Made by a program: the position numbers and the translations under genes. Shown here piece by piece: positions 46,402 to 55,340 of a stretch of DNA of 64,000 nucleotides. Source of the stretch: an uncultured Treponema sp. (lineage in GTDB: Bacteria; Spirochaetota; Spirochaetia; Treponematales; Treponemataceae); the NCBI GenBank assembly GCA_946547845.1, contig CAMNPJ010000001.1:18985-82984 (forward strand), given 5' to 3'. Below the pieces are notes generated by a model. The model was given only the letters and a program-made list of their open reading frames with translations. It made no database searches and was not told the DNA's origin. The stretch's first letter is position 1; every line of letters begins with the position of its first letter.

Positions 46402-47385
46402 ATGCAGGTTCTGACAAAAGAGCAGACGGACGCATTCGCGTCGTTTATCGGCAGCCACGACACATTCCTCATCGCCGGGCACAAGGAGCCGGACGGAGAC
46501 TGCGTGTCCAGCTGCCTCGGCATATCGTACATCCTCCGCCATTTCGGAAAGCCGGCCTTCCTGCTGAACGCCGGGCCGTTCAAGCGGACGGAGATACGGA
46601 GCTTTGCCCCCCTGTTCAAGGCCGAGACACCTTTCATGCTGCAGAAAGAGCGGGAGCGCTGCGGGCTCATCATCGCGGACTGCTCCGAAATCTCCCGCCT
46701 CGGAGACATCGAAGGCGACCTGAAAGGCTTCGACACATTCATCATCGACCACCATAAGACGGCCGATGCGGGCGGCGCAAACACCATCATCGACGCGAGC
46801 TCCCCCGCCGCGGCGCTCATCGTGCAGCAGCTCTACGAGGCGCTCGTGGGCAAACCGGACGCAGAGAAGGCGCGGACGCTGTTCTTCGGCATGGCGACAG
46901 ACACCGGCTTCTTCCGCTACCTGAACGAGCGCGACGCCGAGGTTTTCCGCAGCGCGGCACGGCTCGTGGAGGCCGGCACAAACCCGCGTGACATCTACCA
47001 GGACATGACCGGGGGCAAGGCATGGAACACCAGGAAGCTGCTCGGCATCATGCTCGGACGGGCTGAGCGTCACTTCAACGGCAGGCTCGCCGTCACATAC
47101 GAGACGCAGGAAGACACCAAAAAGTACGGGCAGGAAGGGCGCGACAGCGACGCGCTCTATACGCTCATGCTCGCGACGGAAGGCATAGAGGCGGTGCTTT
47201 TTGTGCGGCAGGAGAACGAGCACAGCTGCACGCTCGGCCTCCGCTCCATCGGCGACATAGACGTCAGCAAGGTCGCATCCCAGTTCGGGGGCGGTGGGCA
47301 CAAGAATGCCTCCGGCGCAAGCACGGAAGGAAAAATCGAGACGCTCATCCCCGCAATCCTCAAGGAATTCGCAAAGGTTCTCTGA
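46402..47385 (+). CDS. nrnA: DHH/DHHA1 phosphoesterase (NrnA-like oligoribonuclease/pAp phosphatase)
   Basis: HKEPDGD, DHH (IIDHHKT), GGGGHKNASGA motifs. ATG 46402 follows AAGGAA. Confidence 0.8.
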   Translation: MQVLTKEQTDAFASFIGSHDTFLIAGHKEPDGDCVSSCLGISYILRHFGKPAFLLNAGPFKRTEIRSFAPLFKAETPFMLQKERERCGLIIADCSEISRLGDIEGDLKGFDTFIIDHHKTADAGGANTIIDASSPAAALIVQQLYEALVGKPDAEKARTLFFGMATDTGFFRYLNERDAEVFRSAARLVEAGTNPRDIYQDMTGGKAWNTRKLLGIMLGRAERHFNGRLAVTYETQEDTKKYGQEGRDSDALYTLMLATEGIEAVLFVRQENEHSCTLGLRSIGDIDVSKVASQFGGGGHKNASGASTEGKIETLIPAILKEFAKVL

Positions 47386-47737
47386 TGCCGTCCCCGCGCC
47401 GGGTTCCGCGCATACGCGCCCCGTATGCCGGGCAGCCCGCGCGTCTCCCCCTGCGCTCTCCTTCCCGCCCGGACAAGGACAGGGCGCAGCCCTGCAAGAA
47501 TTGCAAGAACACAAAGAAGATTCGGCAAGCATTCCGCAAGGAATAAAAGATTTTCAAAAGAATCAGAAAGTATTATACAAGAATCACAAGAAATTTAAAA
47601 GAAAATAAAAGATTTTTGCAAGATTCCTAAAACTATAAAAAGAAAAGTCTTTTTCTCACAAGCCTCAAACCCTACAAAGTATAAAAAAAAAGCGGTTTTA
47701 TTACAGAAAAGAAAAAAAATTCGCTATTTTAAAAACT

Positions 47738-47753
47738 TGGCATATTTTATGCA
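47738..47753 (+). promoter_or_regulatory. sigma-54 (-24/-12)-type promoter TGGCATATTTTATGCA
   Basis: GG and GC are separated by exactly 10 nt, as in the TGGCAC-N5-TTGCW consensus. Lies 165 nt upstream of ATG 47918. Confidence 0.4.
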
Positions 47754-47917
47754 TATCATCTTAAAGGAAGAGCGAACGCCGCTTCCCGCGGGCCGCAGGC
47801 AAAGCGGCCCGGCACGCCGTCCCCTCCACATCCAAGGGGCGGCACCACTGAGCCAGCCTCAGAAGCAAGAGACTTTTGAGGCGGCTCCATTACAGAAAGA
47901 GAGCAACGGAGGTTTTT

Positions 47918-48856
47918 ATGGAAGAACTGGAACACATCGCCAGGATGGTCTCAGCAGGGCTTATGACAGACAAAGAGGGAACGAACGAAATTCTCAAAGT
48001 TCTCTATACACATAAAGCGCGCTTCGGGCTGGGGAGGCTCGATCTTGACGCGCTGCATGATTTTCTCCTGCACGAGCATGCAAAGCTCAGGAGGCTGCTC
48101 GTCCTGTACCGCACGGAGAGCGGCTTCTCATTCTCCGGCTTCCTGTATTCCAGCATACAGCGCTCCCTGCGCATCTGGCGCAAACGGAGCGCACGCGCGG
48201 CAGCGACGGAAGAAAGCGCGGCGCAGCAGCACTGCCTGGCCTACGAGGAGAGCGAATACCGCTACCGGCAGGAAGAATTCGCCAGCTGCTGCGAGCCCCA
48301 GGCGGCCTTTGACAGCGGGCTGCACCGCCACAGCCAGGAGGCACGGCAATCCGCCCCGCTCCGCACGCAGACATTCCGCTACAACGAAAAGGCCGACAAG
48401 CTAAGGAAGGCTGCCTGCCTCATCCTTGCGCTCAAGTCGAGCTACTACCTTGACTACGACATCATCAAAAAGGTAAGCAAAATGACGGGCATCGCGGAAA
48501 AGAAGCTCGCCTCTATGGTAGAAGAAATCAACGAGGGCATGCGGCACAAGATTATCAAGCACGAGCGCTGCGTAAGGAGCAGGGATACGGCATTCTTCTT
48601 CCACCGGAAATACCGGCGGGAATGCAGCAAGCTCGACAGCGGCAGCCCGCTTTCCCGCAAGACCGCGCAGAAATACGAAAAGCAGACCGCGCTCTGGGAG
48701 TCGCGGAACGAGCAGCTCAAGACGCCGCTGTACAGCGCAGTCCCGTCAAACCGGGCGGTAGCACGGATACTCAACATAGACGACAGGAAAGTCGCCTCCA
48801 TCCTGCAGAAGGCGCGGAGCACGCTCCTTGAGAGCGGCGCCCTGAGCGAGGACTAG
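47918..48856 (+). CDS. hypothetical protein with distant sigma-70/ECF-like segments
   Basis: FSFSGFLYSSIQRSLRIWRKRSAR resembles sigma region 2. SNRAVARILNIDDRKVASILQKAR resembles a region-4 HTH. ATG 47918 follows ACGGAGG. Similarity judged by eye only. Confidence 0.5.
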   Translation: MEELEHIARMVSAGLMTDKEGTNEILKVLYTHKARFGLGRLDLDALHDFLLHEHAKLRRLLVLYRTESGFSFSGFLYSSIQRSLRIWRKRSARAAATEESAAQQHCLAYEESEYRYRQEEFASCCEPQAAFDSGLHRHSQEARQSAPLRTQTFRYNEKADKLRKAACLILALKSSYYLDYDIIKKVSKMTGIAEKKLASMVEEINEGMRHKIIKHERCVRSRDTAFFFHRKYRRECSKLDSGSPLSRKTAQKYEKQTALWESRNEQLKTPLYSAVPSNRAVARILNIDDRKVASILQKARSTLLESGALSED

Positions 48857-49003
48857 GGAGCCGGCCTTCAGCACGAGAAGAAGCATGCCGAAGCCGCGGA
48901 CAAAACCACTGCATCAGGAGGGGAAGCAAGGCCGCATCAAAAGCCGGGTGCGGTCAGGAACGGGCTCATGGACACAAGCGCTCAGAAACGCTATCATGGG
49001 GGC

Positions 49004-49687
49004 ATGAAAATATACTTGGCGACAGGAAACCTGAACAAGAAGCGGGAGATGCAGGAAATCTTCCCCATGCACAGCATCGTCACCCCGAAAGACGAAGGCA
49101 TCAGCTTTGACCCGGAGGAAAACGGCAGCACGTTCTACGAGAACAGCCTCATAAAGGCAAAGGCGCTCTGGGAGCTGGTGCACTGCCCCGTCATCGCGGA
49201 CGATTCCGGCATCTGCGTGGATGCGCTGGGCGGAGCCCCCGGTATCTATTCCGCCCGCTACGCCGGGCAGGAGCATGTGCAGGGGCTGCCGGACGGAAAG
49301 AAAATCCCGCAGGAAGAGCAGAACCGCCTGCTCATCGCGCAGCTGGACGCGGCGCTGGCGGCAGGCGCGGACATAGAGGGGGGCAAGGCCCGCGGGCTGT
49401 TCAAATATGGCCCCCGGAGCTCCCACTACACCTGCGCGATGGTGTTCTATGCCGGCAACGACCGTCTTTTCGTGGCGCAGGAGACTATGGAAGGCTCCAT
49501 CATCGCAGACATACAGGATGCCCGCGGTTCCGGCGGATTCGGCTACGACCCGCTTTTCCTGCTGCCCGACGGGCTCAGGACGGCCGCGGAGCTGAGCGCC
49601 GCGCAGAAAAACGCCATCTCACACCGAGGCAAGGCGGCGCGCATCATACAGCGCATCGTGGAGCAGCAGGCCGGGAGCGACGGCTGA
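49004..49687 (+). CDS. rdgB: non-canonical purine NTP pyrophosphatase (RdgB/HAM1)
   Basis: MKIYLATGNLNKKREM, ADDSGICVDALGGAPGIYSARY, GFGYDPLF, SHRG motifs. Confidence 0.85.
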   Translation: MKIYLATGNLNKKREMQEIFPMHSIVTPKDEGISFDPEENGSTFYENSLIKAKALWELVHCPVIADDSGICVDALGGAPGIYSARYAGQEHVQGLPDGKKIPQEEQNRLLIAQLDAALAAGADIEGGKARGLFKYGPRSSHYTCAMVFYAGNDRLFVAQETMEGSIIADIQDARGSGGFGYDPLFLLPDGLRTAAELSAAQKNAISHRGKAARIIQRIVEQQAGSDG

Positions 49688-49828
49688 GGCAGTCACAGCT
49701 GCCGCCGTGCAAGCACTATTTCCTTGGAATACAGCAAAATAGCAGAAAACAAAAGGCAGCGGCGGGCATACTGCCGCCGGAACAGCCGCCGGCGGAAAAA
49801 AATTAGCAAAAAAAATATTTTTTTTTGC

Positions 49829-49856
49829 TAAAGTCCGGCGGTACCACGTCCGATAT
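49829..49856 (+). promoter_or_regulatory. sigma-28-type promoter TAAA-N17-CCGATAT upstream of flaB
   Basis: cTAAAGtccggcggtaccacgtCCGATAT. The spacer is one nt longer than the consensus TAAA-N15-GCCGATAA. Confidence 0.5.
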
Positions 49857-49967
49857 ACTATTATGAACGACCATGGTTGCTCAACTTCGAAGAAGATAAC
49901 GGCCAGGGAGTTCATTGTAAAAGATTGCAGATGTAGCCTTGTAATGCAGATGTAATCTTTTACAAGT

Positions 49968-49989
49968 CAGGCAGAAAGGAATCCGCCTG
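49968..49989 (+). promoter_or_regulatory. candidate CsrA-binding hairpin (GGA in loop) in the flaB leader
   Basis: CAGGC-AGAAAGGAAUCC-GCCUG. A second GGA lies in the SD ACGGAGGA at 50005..50012. Confidence 0.4.
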
Positions 49990-50018
49990 CATATACAATT
50001 TTCCACGGAGGAAAAATT

Positions 50019-50879
50019 ATGGTCATCAACCACAACATGTCAGCAATGTTCGCCAACCGTTCTCTGGGAGTCACCAATGTCTCTCTCCAGAAGGATATGG
50101 AAAAGCTTTCTTCAGGCGAGAAGATTAACCGCGCAGGCGATGACGCTTCAGGACTTGCAGTGTCTGAGAAGATGCGTTCTCAGATCCGCGGTCTGAACAG
50201 GGCTTCACGGAACGCAGCCGATGGTATCAGCTTCATCCAGACGACCGAAGGTTATCTGCAGGAGACCACCGATATCATCCAGCGCATCCGCGAGCTTGCA
50301 GTACAGAGCTCAAACGGCATCTACACCGACGAGGATCGCGAGATGATCCAGGTTGAGGTGAGCTCATTGATTGCTGAAGTCGACCGCATTGCATCTACAG
50401 CACAGTTCAATGGTCTGAACATGCTGACCGGACGCTATGCACGCCCGACTGGTGAGAACAGCGTGACTGCTTCTATGTGGCTCCACATCGGCGCAAACAT
50501 GGATCAGCGCTCACAGGTTTTCATCGGCACAATGACAGCCGCAGCTCTCGGAGTCCGCAACGTCGGTACTGAAGAGATCCTGACACTTGCTACACCGGAC
50601 GATGCCAACCGCGCAATCGGCACACTTGATGAGGCTCTCAAGAGAATCAACAAGCAGCGTGCTGATCTTGGTGCATACCAGAACCGCCTTGAATTCACGG
50701 TCAAGGGTCTTGACGTTGCAGCCGAGAACACTCAGGCTTCAGAGTCTCGCATCCGCGATACCGATATGGCTTCACAGATGGTTCAGTTCACCAAGAACCA
50801 GATTCTCACACAGTCAGGCACTGCTATGCTGGCTCAGGCCAACTCCCAGTCACAGACGGTCTTGTCTTTGTTGAGATAA
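50019..50879 (+). CDS. flaB: flagellar filament core protein FlaB
   Basis: [15 protein letters not shown]-terminus, conserved flagellin N and C domains ([16 protein letters not shown]), 286 aa. Sigma-28-like promoter upstream. Confidence 0.9.
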   Translation: MVINHNMSAMFANRSLGVTNVSLQKDMEKLSSGEKINRAGDDASGLAVSEKMRSQIRGLNRASRNAADGISFIQTTEGYLQETTDIIQRIRELAVQSSNGIYTDEDREMIQVEVSSLIAEVDRIASTAQFNGLNMLTGRYARPTGENSVTASMWLHIGANMDQRSQVFIGTMTAAALGVRNVGTEEILTLATPDDANRAIGTLDEALKRINKQRADLGAYQNRLEFTVKGLDVAAENTQASESRIRDTDMASQMVQFTKNQILTQSGTAMLAQANSQSQTVLSLLR

Positions 50880-50893
50880 TGTAGTATACTATC

Positions 50894-50928
50894 AAGCAGG
50901 AAGGGGGATGAAAATTCCCCTTCTGCTT
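50894..50928 (+). terminator. hairpin after the first flaB (weak U-tract)
   Basis: AAGCAGGAAGGGG-gaugaaaauu-CCCCUUCUGCUU followed by GGUUG. Confidence 0.45.
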
Positions 50929-51215
50929 GGTTGCGCGGGAAGATTTAAAATCTAACTCCTTATTCTGCTTATAAATCCGACCGTTTTCGCACAAAGCATC
51001 TTATCCTGTGTTAGACGGGATATATGTTCTTTGAAAAGGGTTCTCCATGTTGTTTGCAAACAGCATAGACGGTTGCTGGCGTGTATTGCGCATGCAAGCA
51101 ACAATTTCTGCTGTACAGGTCTAAACGTCTGCCAGGGGCGCAAAACTGGCAGATGCCTATACAAACAGACGTAAAGCATGAAGCTTTATGGTATATGAAC
51201 ACGGAGGACAATAGT

Positions 51216-52070
51216 ATGGTAATTAATCACAACATGAGCTCAATGTTTGCAAACCGCACATTGGGGCTGAACAACGCAGAGCTGCAGAATTCTATCGCAA
51301 AGCTTAGCTCAGGAGAAAGAATCAACCGCGCAGGTGATGATGCTTCCGGGCTGGCCGTATCTGAGAAGATGCGCGCGCAGATTCGCGGTTTGAACCAGGC
51401 TAACAGGAACACGCAGAATGGAATTTCTTTCATTCAGACAACCGAAGGTTACCTGCAGGAGACTACAGACATCCTTCAGCGTGTCCGCGAGCTTTCCGTC
51501 CAGTCAGCAAACGGTATCTACACAGACGAGGACCGTATGCAGATTCAGGTGGAAGTTTCCCAGCTTGTTGCTGAAGTAGACCGCATTGCTTCACAGGCTC
51601 AGTTCAACGGCATGAACATGCTGACTGGACGCTTTGCCCGTGAATCTCTTTCCAACCAGGTCATGACGTTCCAGGTTGGAGCAAATATGGATCAGCGTGT
51701 GACCGCGTATGTGGGGACGATGACCGCACAGGCTCTCGGACTGAGAGGTATCCAGGGCACTGACGACAAGATCAGCATCTCTACACCGGATTCCGCAAAC
51801 GTTGCTATCGGCACAATCGATGCAGCACTGAAGCTCGTGAACAAGCAGCGTGCTGACCTCGGCGCATACCAGAACCGCCTTGAACTGACTTCAAAGGGTC
51901 TTGGTGTCGCAGCAGAGAACACCCAGGCGTCTGAGTCACGCATCCGCGATACGGATATGGCTTCTCAGATGGTTGAGTACACAAAGAACTCAATCCTGGC
52001 ACAGTCTGGCACTGCAATGCTTGCACAGGCAAACAGCCAGTCACAGAATGTTCTGGCATTGCTCAGGTAG
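51216..52070 (+). CDS. flaB: flagellar filament core protein FlaB (second paralogue)
   Basis: [17 protein letters not shown] 51216 follows ACGGAGGA. The track ORF is over-extended upstream. Confidence 0.9.
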   Translation: MVINHNMSSMFANRTLGLNNAELQNSIAKLSSGERINRAGDDASGLAVSEKMRAQIRGLNQANRNTQNGISFIQTTEGYLQETTDILQRVRELSVQSANGIYTDEDRMQIQVEVSQLVAEVDRIASQAQFNGMNMLTGRFARESLSNQVMTFQVGANMDQRVTAYVGTMTAQALGLRGIQGTDDKISISTPDSANVAIGTIDAALKLVNKQRADLGAYQNRLELTSKGLGVAAENTQASESRIRDTDMASQMVEYTKNSILAQSGTAMLAQANSQSQNVLALLR

Positions 52071-52138
52071 TAAAAAAGTGCGTAGTTTGACCAAGAGATC
52101 CCTGGATGTCATCTTTTGACAAATTACGCAGAAAAGTC

Positions 52139-52170
52139 AGGGAGGGGGTGCGCCCCCCTTCCCTCCTTTT
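52139..52170 (+). terminator. GC-rich hairpin plus U-tract after the second flaB
   Basis: AGGGAGGGGG-UGCG-CCCCCCUUCCCU followed by CCUUUU. Confidence 0.6.
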
Positions 52171-52189
52171 CGATTCAGGAGGAGCGTCC

Positions 52190-52582
52190 ATGAATACAAT
52201 CAGTATGATTGGGCAGAGAATGACCACGGAAGGTCGTTATCACGATGTCAATACGGTGAAACCGCTCAAAAAGGTCAGCTCAAGCGGGGATGCGACAATG
52301 AACTGGAGCAAATTCCCCAAGAGCGCAGCCGAAGTAGCGGAGAAACTTGCTCAGAATCTCGCCGATACAAAGGCCGATATTGAAGAAATTCAGAAGATGG
52401 CCGATATGGTGATGAGTCATTCGCTGCAGTTTTCGGTAAACAAAGAGCTCGGTCAAGTGGTTATCAAAGTCGTGGATCCGTCCACGAACAAGGTAATCAG
52501 GGAGATTCCGTCCGAAGACATGCAGAACATAAAGGCTCGTCTCAAGGATGCCATCGGTCTGATTTTTGACGAAGTCATCTGA
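52190..52582 (+). CDS. flaG: FlaG-family flagellar protein
   Basis: LQFSVNKELGQVVIKVVDPSTNKVIREIPSEDM is the FlaG signature region. ATG 52190 follows CAGGAGGAG. Confidence 0.7.
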   Translation: MNTISMIGQRMTTEGRYHDVNTVKPLKKVSSSGDATMNWSKFPKSAAEVAEKLAQNLADTKADIEEIQKMADMVMSHSLQFSVNKELGQVVIKVVDPSTNKVIREIPSEDMQNIKARLKDAIGLIFDEVI

Positions 52583-52644
52583 CAGGCTGCGCTGTCCGCC
52601 AGACAGCGTAGTCTCATTTTTTCAACAGGATGCGAAAGGGGACT

Positions 52645-54723
52645 ATGGCCGACGGAATTAGCATACCCGGTGTCTCAAACAAATATGGGACGAACGAGAC
52701 CATCAAGGCACTCATGGAGCTGGAGCGCAAACCGCTTGTGCGCGAACAGGAGCAGCTTGAGAAATATCAGGAGCAGCAAAGCGCATGGCGTAATGTAAGC
52801 CAGAAGATGAGTTCCCTCAGGGAAAGCGTCAAGACGCTGTATTCCTTTGACAACCCCTTCAACAACAAGCTCACAGAATCCTCGGACGAGAACGCGATTA
52901 CCGCCGATGCGGCTCGGAGCGCGGAGTACGGCTCGTTCAATATAGATGTCATAAAGCCGGCGACGGCAGACCGCTTCCTGAGCGGCTCAATCTCAAAGAA
53001 TTTCAGGGTCGAAGAAGGAAAATATACCTTTGGAGTCGGCACCCAGACCATAACGATAAACTGGAAAGGCGGAAAAATCGCCGACTTCATAACAGCCGTC
53101 AACAAGCGCGGCAATAAGCTCATAAAAGCAAGCCTTATCGGCGTCAGCTCAAACAAAAAATCAGTCCTCATCGAAAGCCTCAAGACCGGGGCAGAGAACC
53201 GCCTCGTGCTGCAGGACATGGCGCTGGAGCTCGCGAAAAGCATAGACATGGTCGGCGAGGCAAAGGCAGAGACCTCCCCGCTGAGCTCGAACACAGCAGA
53301 TTATATGGCGCCGGAGACAAACGACCTCCAGCCGCAGGCAAACATGCCGGAACTTTCTGTGGACGGCGTGACATCTGACGGCAGCACAATCACCATCCCT
53401 GCCCGCGGGGGCGCAGACATCCCCCTGCCGCAGGGGATTACGGAAGGCACCCAGCGCGTGACATTCACCTTTGCCACAGAGGACACGGAGGATATCACCG
53501 CCGCGGTCAATGCCCAGCTGCTTGAGCCGAGCCTGCCGTCTCCCGGCAGCGTCGATTTCCGGGGGCTTACCGTCTCCAACGAGCAGAGCGACACATTGCT
53601 CGCAAAGCCTGCCGACGCAGCCGCCGAGCCAGTCCAGCCGGTCAACGACGATACCCGCTTCATCGCCATCAGAAACGAAGACGGCACCGAGACCGAGGTT
53701 GACATACAGGACTTCCCTGTTGACGAGGAGACCGGACTGCGCAAGGTGACGCTCTCGCTGGAAGACTACCCCGGTGCGACGAGCCTTATCATCAGGAACA
53801 ACAACACCGGCAAACAGATAACGATGTCCGTCCCGGAGACTTACGACGCCTCAAAAACGCAGGGATTTGAGCCGGTACACGCCGTATCCACCGCCGACGA
53901 CGCGGTATTCAAATACGAGGGCATCACCCTTACCCGCCCCTCCAACGACGTGGATGATGTCGTCCCGAACGTGACGCTGCACCTGCACAACAAGACGGAA
54001 AAGACGGCAACGCTCAAGGTCATGCCGGACACAGAGAACGCAAAGAACGCGCTCATCACATTCGTCGGCAAATACAACCAGGTGATCGCCGAGATAAATG
54101 TGCTCACGACAAACAAGCCGGAAGTCATCTCCGAGCTGGATTACCTTTCGGATGACGAGCGGGAGGCACAGGAGAAAAAGCTGGGGCTCTTTATGGGGGA
54201 CTTCTCGCTCACCAACGGAAAATCATCCCTGCAGCAGACGGTCTCCGCAAACTACCGCTTTGCGGACGAGGCCGAAATCACCATGCTGAACCAAATCGGC
54301 ATATCCACGAACGCAAGCAGCGGCACAGGGGGCTACAGCGCCTCCCAGATGCGCGGCTACCTTGAGGTGGAGGAGAAGACGCTGGACGCCATGCTGGAGA
54401 CAAAGCTGGAGGACATAAAGAATCTCTTCGGCTATGACAGCGACGGCGACCTCATCATAGACAACGGGCTCGGCTACAGGCTGGACAAGCAGATTAGCTC
54501 ATGGACACAGTCCGGGGGCATCATATCCACAAAGACAGCGACGCTGGACAAGCAGATAAAATCTTCCAACACAAAGATATCAAAGCTTGAGTCCCAGCTT
54601 GACGCAAAAGAAAGCGAGCTCAAGGCAAAATATGCCGGCATGGAAAGTTCTCTGAACAGCCTTGAAAAACAGCAGTCTTCCATAGAGAATTTTTCGCGCC
54701 AGCAAAGCAACAACAAGAACTGA
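52645..54723 (+). CDS. fliD: flagellar filament cap protein FliD (HAP2)
   Basis: N-terminal ISIPGVSNKYGTNETIKALMELERKP and C-terminal coiled coil LESQLDAKESELKAKYAGMESSLNSLEKQ typical of FliD. Confidence 0.85.
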   Translation: MADGISIPGVSNKYGTNETIKALMELERKPLVREQEQLEKYQEQQSAWRNVSQKMSSLRESVKTLYSFDNPFNNKLTESSDENAITADAARSAEYGSFNIDVIKPATADRFLSGSISKNFRVEEGKYTFGVGTQTITINWKGGKIADFITAVNKRGNKLIKASLIGVSSNKKSVLIESLKTGAENRLVLQDMALELAKSIDMVGEAKAETSPLSSNTADYMAPETNDLQPQANMPELSVDGVTSDGSTITIPARGGADIPLPQGITEGTQRVTFTFATEDTEDITAAVNAQLLEPSLPSPGSVDFRGLTVSNEQSDTLLAKPADAAAEPVQPVNDDTRFIAIRNEDGTETEVDIQDFPVDEETGLRKVTLSLEDYPGATSLIIRNNNTGKQITMSVPETYDASKTQGFEPVHAVSTADDAVFKYEGITLTRPSNDVDDVVPNVTLHLHNKTEKTATLKVMPDTENAKNALITFVGKYNQVIAEINVLTTNKPEVISELDYLSDDEREAQEKKLGLFMGDFSLTNGKSSLQQTVSANYRFADEAEITMLNQIGISTNASSGTGGYSASQMRGYLEVEEKTLDAMLETKLEDIKNLFGYDSDGDLIIDNGLGYRLDKQISSWTQSGGIISTKTATLDKQIKSSNTKISKLESQLDAKESELKAKYAGMESSLNSLEKQQSSIENFSRQQSNNKN

Positions 54724-54734
54724 CGGGGGATATA

Positions 54735-55328
54735 ATGCTGCTTAAGATAAACGGACAGCCAGTAGACGTGACGCTTGAGAATGAGAAGAGTGTCGGCGAC
54801 GTCTTAAAATCATTTGAAAGCGAAGCGGCGAAAAACGACGCGACAACCGTGGCCATACGGCTCAACGGCAAGGATATATCTGCGGAGCAGTTCGACGCGG
54901 CTGCGGCGACACCGCTCAGCGATAGCACGGAAATCGACTTGCATGTTGTCTCAAAACGTGATATCGTAGATTCATTCAAAACCATTGCGGCGGAATTCAA
55001 CAGGCTGACAGAACAGCTGAACGACGTTCCGGTGCAGCTGCAGAGTGGAAAAGACAAAGAGGCTTCGGAGACCATCGCCTCGCTCGCGACGGAAGTCGAT
55101 GCTTTCTGCCACACGGCGGCGCTGAGCGCGCTGTTCCCCGATTTGTACAATGCGCTCATCATCGACGGGAAGAACCTGAACGACTTCTTCAAGGAGTTCT
55201 CTCCCATACTCAGCGACTTTGAGAGCGCCATGGAAGTAAAGGACACCGTCACGGTAGGAGATCTTTCTGAATACGAAATAGGGCCGCGGCTCAAAAGCAT
55301 CTCGGAAGTCCTTACAAAATTCAACTGA
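54735..55328 (+). CDS. hypothetical flagellar-operon protein: ThiS/MoaD-like beta-grasp N-domain plus helical C-domain
   Basis: MLLKINGQPVDV...VAIRLNGKDIS...TEIDLHVV follows the ThiS pattern but lacks a C-terminal GG. Remaining ~120 aa are helical. Occupies the slot after fliD. Confidence 0.55.
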   Translation: MLLKINGQPVDVTLENEKSVGDVLKSFESEAAKNDATTVAIRLNGKDISAEQFDAAAATPLSDSTEIDLHVVSKRDIVDSFKTIAAEFNRLTEQLNDVPVQLQSGKDKEASETIASLATEVDAFCHTAALSALFPDLYNALIIDGKNLNDFFKEFSPILSDFESAMEVKDTVTVGDLSEYEIGPRLKSISEVLTKFN

Positions 55329-55340
55329 CAGGAGCTGCTT

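Noticed and set aside
50929-51215. Sigma-28 or sigma-54 promoter for the second flaB. Candidates were CAAAG-N17-GACGGGATAT and CTGGCAGATGCCTATACA.
   Set aside because: The first has a poor -10 match and the wrong spacing. The second lacks the -12 GC at the required distance. The transcript may arise by read-through of the weak terminator after the first flaB, or from a promoter I cannot recognise.
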